Assembly (NCBI GenBank): GCA_944350015.1
Contig: CALVNW010000001.1
Location: 36,761-100,760 of the forward strand
Source: an uncultured Clostridia bacterium
GTDB lineage: Bacteria > Bacillota > Clostridia > Christensenellales > UBA1242
Direction: 5' to 3'
DNA: 64,000 nt
Shown here: positions 16,951 to 24,388 of the stretch, piece by piece
How the letters are laid out: each line of letters opens with the position of its first letter
How positions within the stretch are numbered: position 1 is the stretch's first letter
The notes under the pieces: model-generated
The model's database searches: none
Told to the model about the DNA's origin: nothing
Seen by the model: the letters and a program-made list of their open reading frames with translations, nothing else
Program-made: the position numbers and the translations under genes

Positions 16951-17985
16951 ATGTTATTTAAAAAGCATAAAAAAGAATTTTTAAACTACAAAGGCCGGCG
17001 TTTGCCTGTCTATGACAAAATCGAGGATATGTTTGAAGATGGTATATTTTCACCGACAGAAGTCGTAGTAATTTGGGGTAAACGTAGAACAGGAAAAAGC
17101 TCTCTTGCTGGTAAATTTATGTCAGAGTTTATGCGCCCAGACATAGCTAGACGTGACGTAGATACATCTAGAAGTATTTGTGACAAGCTCAACGAAGCCG
17201 GCTACGTCATAAGACCGCCAAGCGACCATACTGTCTTTTGTGATACCTACTTCGAAACTAAAGGCTTTATGCGAAAGAATAACTCTGCATACAAGTTTAA
17301 CGGCGTAGGTTTTGGTCTCCCAAACGAAATACATACCACTTCATTACTTTGCCCTTGTGGACGATATTTTCTTGATGAGACACAAGATTTGTTTGACTCA
17401 CACCTAGGAGCTTTACCAACCTTTATAACCAAAGCGATAGAACTTTCAGGACAGTATAAGCTATTTTTATGCTTTATAGCCCAGCGTCCAAAACGCCTTC
17501 ATATAGATATCAGAGATTTGGCTATATTTATTGAAGTTGTAGAGCTACGTAACGTATATAACAAATATAACACACTTCTTGCTACTTACTGGATATGTAA
17601 CATCATTTATGACAATGCGGTACTAGAGACCTATCTTTCAAATAAGGACCCAAATTTAATTGATAAAACTGTAGTATTTAAATACAAAGGTAATATCTTT
17701 AACTGTTATGACAGTAACTACTTTATCCCAATGTTCGTACGTGGAAAGGAAAACGAGGGGCTAGTACTCGAGAAAACCACTAGGACACAGTTTTCTGTTG
17801 AATATTTTAAAGAATACTTCAAAAACCGTGTGATTGACATTCCAGAAACTTTTAGAGGTAAAAAGCCGAAAGAAAAACCTAAAAAAGAAGAAAAGCCTAA
17901 AAAAGAAGAAAAACAAGAAGAAAAAATTAAAGAGGACAAGCTAAATAAACAGGAGAAAAATGGAAACAGAAAAGAGTCTGCGTGA
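16951..17985 (+). CDS. Zot/pI-like P-loop NTPase with K/E-rich tail
   Basis: Walker A is VVVIWGKRRTGKSSLA and Walker B is GRYFLDETQDLF. The segment ..SGQYKLFLCFIAQRPKRLHIDIRDLAIFIEVVEL follows, arranged like filamentous-phage pI/Zot (LVLDECGTWF...KLGWDIIFLVQDLSIVDKQARSALAEHVV). No TM helix. The C-terminal 50 aa are KPKKEEK repeats. Confidence 0.5.
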   Translation: MLFKKHKKEFLNYKGRRLPVYDKIEDMFEDGIFSPTEVVVIWGKRRTGKSSLAGKFMSEFMRPDIARRDVDTSRSICDKLNEAGYVIRPPSDHTVFCDTYFETKGFMRKNNSAYKFNGVGFGLPNEIHTTSLLCPCGRYFLDETQDLFDSHLGALPTFITKAIELSGQYKLFLCFIAQRPKRLHIDIRDLAIFIEVVELRNVYNKYNTLLATYWICNIIYDNAVLETYLSNKDPNLIDKTVVFKYKGNIFNCYDSNYFIPMFVRGKENEGLVLEKTTRTQFSVEYFKEYFKNRVIDIPETFRGKKPKEKPKKEEKPKKEEKQEEKIKEDKLNKQEKNGNRKESA

Positions 17986-18421
17986 ATATGAAGAACTACG
18001 CACGGTAGATGATTATGTGAATGCATATTCTACGATATCAGAGATAGCTAGCAACTTTAGCGGAGCAAGTCAAGAAGTTGAAGATTGCTTTGGAGAGATA
18101 CTTTTGACGCTTACAAAGAGTTTTAAGAAGAAGTATGAGTATATTGACAAAATGTCCAGGAAGTGGCGCCGAAAACAAGGTATATTCTCAAAATTTAGAG
18201 ACTATCTAGCCGAACGTCAAGAGAAGAAGGTTCTTGAGCAAAGGCTAGAAAACGAGCGATTGCAAGCAAAGATACGCGAGCTTATGACTCAGCCACAGAA
18301 GTCCGACCAGACAGAGAGTGTCTCTTCTCCAGCCAGCGAAGCTGTAGTGCTAAGCGAAGCTGAGCACAAACCTATCGAAGTGGTAAACGAAGATAATGAA
18401 TCTGCTGTGCTAGATTTTTGA
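17960..18421 (+). CDS. Hypothetical coiled-coil protein (153 aa)
   Basis: SD aggaga. It overlaps the previous gene by 26 nt. The central segment is heptad-like (RQEKKVLEQRLENERLQAKIRELM). Confidence 0.6.
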   Translation: METEKSLREYEELRTVDDYVNAYSTISEIASNFSGASQEVEDCFGEILLTLTKSFKKKYEYIDKMSRKWRRKQGIFSKFRDYLAERQEKKVLEQRLENERLQAKIRELMTQPQKSDQTESVSSPASEAVVLSEAEHKPIEVVNEDNESAVLDF

Positions 18422-18515
18422 AATTATCAAAAAAATTATGCAAGCAAATGAGAAAGCATAACGCCGAAAGCGAGAGCGGGCGTTTGCGACATTTGCTAAA
18501 TAATTTTGATAATTC
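18420..18515. other. 96-nt imperfect long hairpin in an intergenic region of the element
   Basis: The arms gaaattatcaaaaaaattatgcaagcaaatg (18420-18450) and catttgctaaataattttgataattc (18490-18515) pair over about 24 bp with bulges. They enclose a nested GC hairpin aacgcc..ggcgtt. An A/T-only tract follows at 18600-18690. Confidence 0.6.
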
Positions 18516-18693
18516 AAAATCACAGCAGATGATATTGGTACAGTTTATTTATAAATAAATCCACTTTATACAAAATTCGTCAGAATTTTGTGTTTGCGTA
18601 TACGCAATTTTGACATTAATTTTAATTTTTTTAAATTTTTTCAAAATTTTTTTAAAATCAATTTAAATTTTAAAAATCAAAATCGAGGAGAAA

Positions 18694-18876
18694 ATGAACA
18701 AGACGCCTAAAGAAATGGTAATAGAAATCCTTAATAAAGGACAGATAAGCCAGCAGGAACTAGCCGAGAGAATCGGAGTGTCGCCGGCGCAAATTACGCG
18801 CTGGCTTGCCTCGGCACAGCCAAAGCTTAAGCATTTCCAAAAACTTGAACAAATTTACCAGGAACTTGCTGTCTAA
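18694..18876 (+). CDS. Small HTH (XRE-like) DNA-binding protein
   Basis: SD gaggag. HTH segment ISQQELAERIGVSPAQITRWL. Confidence 0.65.
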   Translation: MNKTPKEMVIEILNKGQISQQELAERIGVSPAQITRWLASAQPKLKHFQKLEQIYQELAV

Positions 18877-18916
18877 AATGCGCTGTAATTGATTTTTGAA
18901 AAAGGAAGGTAGACCT

Positions 18917-19513
18917 ATGAAAAAAATATTAGTATTATTTGAAACATCTGGAGCCGTAAGTATTCCCTTTAGAGAGGCTGGGTTTGAAGTCACCACTATA
19001 GATATATTGCCGCACAGAGTTGATAATGAGCATCATATTCAGTACGATATACGTAATCTAAATGATTTAAATTTAGATTATAGTCAATATTCTTTTCTAA
19101 TAGCGTTCCCACCTTGCACATATTTTTCTAAAGCGGGATTACATTATTTACAGTCTCAGCCTGGCCGCAAAGAATTGCAACTGCGCGATTTAGAGATGGT
19201 CAAAAAGCTTTGGAATCTTCCAATAAAGAAAAAATGCTTCGAAAATCCTGCTGGTAGCGCTTTAAATAAACTTTGGCAAAGACACAACTGTCGTATCGAT
19301 TACTGCGAATTTGCAGACTTTAAAAAGCTTACAGATTTATGGTTAGATGGGTTACCGCCATTAATACCGGTGCAATGCAACTACAAAAAATATGGCAAAT
19401 TTATATCAAAGATGAGGTATGGCGATTATAGACGCTGTATCACACCAATTGAAGTAGGTTATGCTATGGTTAATCAATGGGGAAGTATTATAGGAGGCGA
19501 AAATGGGACTTAG
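18917..19513 (+). CDS. Miniature C5-cytosine-methyltransferase-like protein (198 aa)
   Basis: ATG at 18917 after aaggaagg. The motif-I-like segment is ILVLFETSGAVSIPFREAGFEV, the motif-IV-like segment is IAFPPCTYFSKAG (catalytic PC) and the motif-VI-like segment is CFENPAGS. No room for a normal target-recognition domain. Confidence 0.45.
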   Translation: MKKILVLFETSGAVSIPFREAGFEVTTIDILPHRVDNEHHIQYDIRNLNDLNLDYSQYSFLIAFPPCTYFSKAGLHYLQSQPGRKELQLRDLEMVKKLWNLPIKKKCFENPAGSALNKLWQRHNCRIDYCEFADFKKLTDLWLDGLPPLIPVQCNYKKYGKFISKMRYGDYRRCITPIEVGYAMVNQWGSIIGGENGT

Positions 19514-19760
19514 TGTGTGGAATCAAGTAGATAATAACAAATACTTTAGCATATCATCAGTAGATAGGGTTATTTTGAGACAAAAAGGTATAGATATCCC
19601 TTTAGCTGAGTTTAAAGAGATAGTCAGACGTGCGCCACCATTTGCGGTTATAACCACAGGTTCAGAGCTTATCACCGGGCGAACAAGACGCACCAAAATC
19701 TATCGCTATGAAGATTTTGACTATCTTAAAAACAAGATAGCAGGGGGTGATGCGATGTAA
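19503..19760 (+). CDS. Hypothetical protein (85 aa)
   Basis: SD ggaggcgaaa. Overlaps the previous gene by 11 nt. Followed by terminator hairpin aggcata..tatgcct and T7 (19826-19850). Confidence 0.55.
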   Translation: MGLSVWNQVDNNKYFSISSVDRVILRQKGIDIPLAEFKEIVRRAPPFAVITTGSELITGRTRRTKIYRYEDFDYLKNKIAGGDAM

Positions 19761-20273
19761 ATATCTAAAAAAATACACTATTTTCTCATAATTCATTAAA
19801 AATTTATATCAAAAAGGCGAATTTTGAGGCATACTCAAGGTTATGCCTTTTTTTATTTTATATATCCTTATCAAAATTCTAATAGAGGTCTATTAGAATT
19901 TTAATAGACCTAAAGAAAAGAAGCAAAAGAAATTATCCTCATATTTATATCTAAAGTATATACTTTTTATATTCTAGAGAAAAATACTAGTTTAATATAC
20001 TATATATAATATAATATATGTATTTAAAATAATGTTTGCGCAAATGCGGATTTATTTTAAAAGCGACTATCGTCGCGCTGTGAAGGTGAAAGTATCTACA
20101 GCTTAAACCTAGTCTCTCCGATTAAGCCCAGCTCATATTAAAAAAGGCGACATTTCTGTCGCCTGGCTATAAAGAAGAGTATACAAATTTAAAAAATGAT
20201 TGGGGTATAAAAAAATGGTCAAAAATCGCTCTAGCCCTTTATTTATATGGTCAATAGTAGTTGATGGGTCAGC

Positions 20274-20418
20274 CTTTTAATCAAGGGGTCCCGGGTTCGA
20301 ATCCCGGGTAGGCCACCAAAAAATTGCCCGTAAGGGCATTTTTTTGTTGCCCTGGGATTTGCTTGGACGATGTCCAAGCGATTGCTCCGCGATCTTTAGC
20401 CCTGGGACGTCCCGGTCG
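20274..20418 (+). repeat. attR: second copy of the 145-bp repeat (contains a non-functional 3' tRNA-Lys fragment)
   Basis: 142 of 145 positions identical to 6152-6296. The sequence 5' of 20274 cannot form the acceptor or D arms of a tRNA. Confidence 0.9.
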
Positions 20419-20672
20419 TAGTATTACCTAGTTTAAAAAGTGATTTGTTTTTAACTAAGTCGATATATAAGTTAGAAGTAACAACCATATAATGTTTTGT
20501 TTCTCTTTTTGATTGCAATTTTTGTTAGATAGGTTTAAATTTTAATATTATATAACTTCAAAATGAAAGGATAGTAGTCAAATACAAATTCATTAAAATA
20601 TCATATATTTTAACAAAAAAATTGAGTTTTTGTTTTAATTTTGATAAAATATATATTGAATTAGGAGGAATT

Positions 20673-21293
20673 ATGTTAAATTTTGATGTTAAGGTTTTGT
20701 ATCATAGTTCAATAAGAATAGGTGAGGATGTCTTTGTTGACCCTTTTAAGATTAAAGAAAATGCAAAAGCCAAATATATATTTATCACGCATAGCCATTA
20801 CGACCACTATTCGGTTGAAGATATAAATAAGTTAGTTTGCAAGGACACGATATTTATAGCACCAAAAGATGTTTCATTGTCACTAAAGAAGGTATATACA
20901 AACACTGTTTATGAGATGTTGCCTTTTCAAGAGCTGGAATTTAATGACATAAAAGTAAAAGCTTTTCCAAGTTACAATGTCAACAAAAATTTTCATAAAA
21001 AGGAGTACGGTTGGCTTGGCTATTTAATTGAACATAAAGGCATAAACTATTGTGTACTAGGCGACTGTGATGCCAACGACGATAACAAAAAGCTAAAGTG
21101 CGATTGCCTTTTGGTGCCAATAGGCGGAACATTTACGATGAACGGCAAAGAAGGTGCTGAGCTTACAAATATTATAAAACCTAAGCTTGTTGTTCCAACT
21201 CACTATAATGCAATAGTAGGGAACAAGACAAACGAAAGAGAATTTATAGCTAATTTGGACAAGAGCATAAATTATAGAATAGATATAGATTAA
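20673..21293 (+). CDS. MBL-fold metallo-hydrolase
   Basis: ATG at 20673 after taggagg. It has the HxHxDH motif (ITHSHYDHY) in a beta-lactamase-fold context. Confidence 0.75.
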   Translation: MLNFDVKVLYHSSIRIGEDVFVDPFKIKENAKAKYIFITHSHYDHYSVEDINKLVCKDTIFIAPKDVSLSLKKVYTNTVYEMLPFQELEFNDIKVKAFPSYNVNKNFHKKEYGWLGYLIEHKGINYCVLGDCDANDDNKKLKCDCLLVPIGGTFTMNGKEGAELTNIIKPKLVVPTHYNAIVGNKTNEREFIANLDKSINYRIDID

Positions 21294-21341
21294 ATTTAAG
21301 TTTTTATTTAGTATTAATTAATTTTATTAAAAATAAACATA

Positions 21342-21370
21342 AAACGCATTTTTTATCAAAAAAATGCGTT
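21342..21370. terminator. Terminator hairpin, copy 1 (aaacgcatttttt-atc-aaaaaaatgcgtt)
   Basis: 12-bp stem. On the minus strand a T-run follows it. It is nearly identical to 21541-21568. Confidence 0.6.
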
Positions 21371-21522
21371 CAGACTGTAGACAAACTTCGCGACCGAAAA
21401 ATTACACGTAATTTTTCTTGCTTCGTTAACTGAAAAACGCCCAAAACCAGTCATTTAGGTATACTAAACTCCTGGCTTTGAGCATTTTTCGAGCCTTGCC
21501 TCGCTTGTTTCTCTACAGTCTG
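21371..21522. other. 152-nt inverted-repeat-bounded structured insert (MITE-like element or small RNA)
   Basis: The termini cagactgtagacaaac (21371-21386) and gtttctctacagtctg (21507-21522) are 15/16 complementary. Internal hairpins lie at 21396-21417 (10-bp perfect arms) and 21432-21490 (19-bp arms). The element is flanked by two copies of the same terminator hairpin. Confidence 0.6.
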
Positions 21523-21540
21523 TTAATTTATCGACACACT

Positions 21541-21572
21541 AAACGCATTTTTTATCAAAAAATGCGTTTTTT
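21541..21572. terminator. Terminator hairpin, copy 2
   Basis: aaacgcattttttatcaaaaaatgcgtt followed by tttt on the plus strand. It lies about 95 nt downstream of the gpmI stop on the minus strand. Confidence 0.6.
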
Positions 21573-21664
21573 AAAGCAAAAAGTGGGTTTTCAAATAATA
21601 TTATGATAGTTTTATTAAAATTTAATATTTCTGATAGCTCCTTAAAAATATCTATAGTAAAAGT

Positions 21665-23167
21665 TTAAAATAGCGCCTCTTCCATAGTAGGTGGTGGAGT
21701 GATATTTAAAAGTTTTAGAACAGTTGGAGCGATGTTTGCTATAGATTTATTCTTTTTAAGACGGAATTTCTTGTATCTTTCGCTAACAAGTATAACAGGC
21801 ACTGGGTTGCAAGTGTGAGAGGTAACCTTGTTACCATCTTTATCAATCATATATTCAGCATTGCCGTGGTCTGCGGTTATGATACAATCTCCACCAGCCA
21901 TCAAGGTTGCAAGAGCAAGCGCATATGCCTGTTTTTCTACACATTTTATAGCCTCTTTTGTTGCCTCAAAGTTGCCAGTATGACCAATCATATCTGGATT
22001 AGAGTAATTTACAAGGATAAAATCATATTTTCCCGATGCAATTGCGTCAAGCGTTTCTTCAGTGATTTCGATTGCTCTCATTTTAGGGTAGTAAGAAAAA
22101 TCTTGAGTGTCGATACTATCAATCAACTTTCGCTCCTCACCTTCGTAAGGCTTTTCAATTCCGCCATTAAAGAAAAAGGTGACGTGAGCGTATTTTGTGG
22201 TCTCAGCAATATGGAATTGTTTTAAATGGTTTTGAGCAAGTATTGCCGAAAGGTTATCTTCTGTAGTCTCAGGGGGATATATCACATTGAGTTTTTTAAA
22301 CTCGGCAGAATATTCTTCCATTGGTGAAAATAACAGATTTTTAAACTTTTTCACCTCAAAATGCTTGTAATTTTTGTCTGTTAAGGCAAAGGTGAGCTCT
22401 CTTGCTCTATCAGAGCGGTAATTAAAGAAGATTACGCTGTCATTATCTTGAATAGTGCCATCCTTTTCTAAAAGCACAGGCTCTATAAATTCATCGTATA
22501 CTCCTTGTTTATAACTTTCTTCAACAGCCTTGATAGGTGAAAGGTCTTTGTAATTTTCACCAAAAACTAATGTGTTATACGCTTTTTGCAACCTTTCATA
22601 GCGCTCTTCTCTATCCATAGCGTAAACTCTGCCTGAAATAGAGGCAATTTTATAGTTTGTTTTGCTTAATTTATCTTCAAGCATATTGATATATTTGGTA
22701 GCGCTATTTGGTGGGGTGTCGCGTCCATCTAAAAAGGCGTGAATGTAAACTTTTTTAAGTTTGTGTTCTTTAGCCATATCAATTAGGGCAAATAGGTGAT
22801 TGATATGAGAATGCACACCGCCGTCAGATAATAGCCCCATAATATGAAGGGAAGAATTATTGTCTTTTGCAAAGTTGATGGCTTTTAACAATCTTTTGTT
22901 TTTAAAAAAGTTGCCATTTTTAATCTCGTCATCTATTTTCATAAGGTCTTGAAGTATGACGCGCCCAGCGCCTAAAGATAGATGTCCAACTTCGCTGTTA
23001 CCCATCTGTCCTTCAGGCAAGCCGACGGCATTACCACTAGCGCGAAGCGAGGTTGATGGATAGAGCTTTATAAGCTTGTCAAGGTTAGGTGTTCCTGCAG
23101 AGGCGATGGCATTTCCGAACTTTTCTTTTCTCAGACCAAAACCGTCAAGAATAATCAATGTAACCAT
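21665..23167 (-). CDS. gpmI: 2,3-bisphosphoglycerate-independent phosphoglycerate mutase
   Basis: 500 aa with SD aaggagaaaat. The N-terminus is LIILDGFG. It also has NSEVGHLSLGAGR, the catalytic Ser region and the C-terminal TADHGNAE motif. Confidence 0.93.
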   Translation of the reverse strand: MVTLIILDGFGLRKEKFGNAIASAGTPNLDKLIKLYPSTSLRASGNAVGLPEGQMGNSEVGHLSLGAGRVILQDLMKIDDEIKNGNFFKNKRLLKAINFAKDNNSSLHIMGLLSDGGVHSHINHLFALIDMAKEHKLKKVYIHAFLDGRDTPPNSATKYINMLEDKLSKTNYKIASISGRVYAMDREERYERLQKAYNTLVFGENYKDLSPIKAVEESYKQGVYDEFIEPVLLEKDGTIQDNDSVIFFNYRSDRARELTFALTDKNYKHFEVKKFKNLLFSPMEEYSAEFKKLNVIYPPETTEDNLSAILAQNHLKQFHIAETTKYAHVTFFFNGGIEKPYEGEERKLIDSIDTQDFSYYPKMRAIEITEETLDAIASGKYDFILVNYSNPDMIGHTGNFEATKEAIKCVEKQAYALALATLMAGGDCIITADHGNAEYMIDKDGNKVTSHTCNPVPVILVSERYKKFRLKKNKSIANIAPTVLKLLNITPPPTMEEALF

Positions 23168-23387
23168 TATATTTTCTCCTTAAAATTGTATTTTAAAAAT
23201 ATTTAATTTATTTGTCAACTTATTTTATAAATAAAAAATAATTTTCATTTTTTTGTTATTTTTTCTATTTTTTGACTTAAAAAATATTTAAAAAAATAAG
23301 CAAAAATTAATAAATTATTGTTTTTATAGCGAAAAATCAATAAAAAACAGCATTTTTTTTGATTTTTTACTAATTTTTCGTTAATTT

Positions 23388-24107
23388 TCATATTTTATCA
23401 AATAAGTTATAGCGCTCAGTATGAATTATTGCATTAAATATTTTTTCTTTGCAGTCAGGGAATTTTTCATTTAATTTTTCAAGTAATTTCTTGACATTTT
23501 CCCTTTCAGTATGTTTGTCGGCAGGGCAGTTGTTTATAAGAACTGGCAAGCTTGAACTTATATTAATTATATCTTGTTCATCACAAAAAATAAGTGGTCT
23601 TATTACAGTTATGTCAACTCTTGATAGATATGATTTTGGTTTAAAGGTGGAAAGTCTGCCTTCAAAAAAGAGTGAAAGCAAGAAGGTTTCTATTAAGTCA
23701 TCCTTGTGATGTCCTAAGGCAACTTTATTGCATCCAAGTTTCTTTGCATTGCTGTTTAGCAGTCCTCGCCTAAGATTTGCACATAGTGAGCAGGGATTTT
23801 TCTCTTTTCTTATATCAAAAACAATTTCAAATACGTTTGACGGAATGATATTTAGTGTGACATCCAAACTTTTGCAGTAGTCTGAAATGCTAGAATAGTC
23901 ATTCTTTCCGCCACTTAAATCAATGGCAATGGCAACAAGGTCAAACTTTTTATCGCAAAAACTTTGATATCTTTTAAGTGCTGTTAAAAGCGCGAGACTG
24001 TCTTTACCACCAGATATGCCAACAGCTATTACGTCGCCATCTTTTATGAGGTTGTATTGCTCGCACGCCTTGCGTAGTTTACCTAAAATTTTTTGTAAAT
24101 TTTGCAT
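23388..24107 (-). CDS. PP-loop ATPase, TtcA-like tRNA thiolase family
   Basis: PP-loop GISGGKDS, plus CSLCANLRRG and LGHHKDDLIETFLLSLFFEG, as in the TtcA/TilS-type N-type ATP pyrophosphatases. Confidence 0.75.
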   Translation of the reverse strand: MQNLQKILGKLRKACEQYNLIKDGDVIAVGISGGKDSLALLTALKRYQSFCDKKFDLVAIAIDLSGGKNDYSSISDYCKSLDVTLNIIPSNVFEIVFDIRKEKNPCSLCANLRRGLLNSNAKKLGCNKVALGHHKDDLIETFLLSLFFEGRLSTFKPKSYLSRVDITVIRPLIFCDEQDIINISSSLPVLINNCPADKHTERENVKKLLEKLNEKFPDCKEKIFNAIIHTERYNLFDKI

Positions 24108-24288
24108 AAAATCTCCTAAATTAAGAAATTCTTATAAAATTATAGCAAAAAAGCATTAAAAAACAAATAAAAAACAGATTTTTAAAATTAAAAATTATTT
24201 TGTGAATAAAAACATTTATTTTAAAAGAAACTAATTTAATTACGAAAGATAAAAGATAATTAATATATTATTAATTATTCTTTTTTAT

Positions 24289-24318
24289 TTGACAAAAAAC
24301 ACTATAAAAATGTATAAT
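24289..24318 (+). promoter_or_regulatory. Promoter of the giant gene
   Basis: TTGACA (24289-24294), an 18-nt spacer, then extended -10 TGtTATAAT (24311-24318), about 70 nt upstream of the start codon. Confidence 0.6.
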
Positions 24319-24388
24319 CTTTCTATACGAGCAAAAATAGTCGCGTGTAAAGATTATCTTTAGTCAAAAGATGATGCGAGGAGGTTTT

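Larger units (their letters stand above)
6152..20418. mobile_element. Integrated 14.3-kb element (prophage-like, no recognisable capsid or tail genes) in tRNA-Lys
   Basis: Bounded by the 145-bp direct repeats. An integrase and cI-like repressor sit next to attL. The interior holds replication, membrane-protein, basic-protein, Zot-like ATPase and methyltransferase-like ORFs, almost all co-oriented. Confidence 0.85.

Noticed and set aside
20274-20318. A possible second tRNA-Lys gene at attR.
   Set aside because: Only the 3' 45 nt (anticodon loop to CCA) are present. The upstream sequence cannot form the acceptor, D or anticodon stems, so it is an att duplication and not a gene.
21371-21522. 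Identification of the structured insert as 6S RNA, SRP RNA or tmRNA.
   Set aside because: It is too short and lacks the SRP domain-IV motifs and the tmRNA tRNA-like ends. Its three-way-junction fold is unlike the 6S rod with a central bubble. It is kept only as an unknown element in the findings.
24256-24278. The palindrome ataattaata-tat-tattaattat just upstream of the giant-gene -35 box.
   Set aside because: It is composed only of A and T in an A/T-saturated region, so the chance expectation is high. It is noted but not claimed as an operator.
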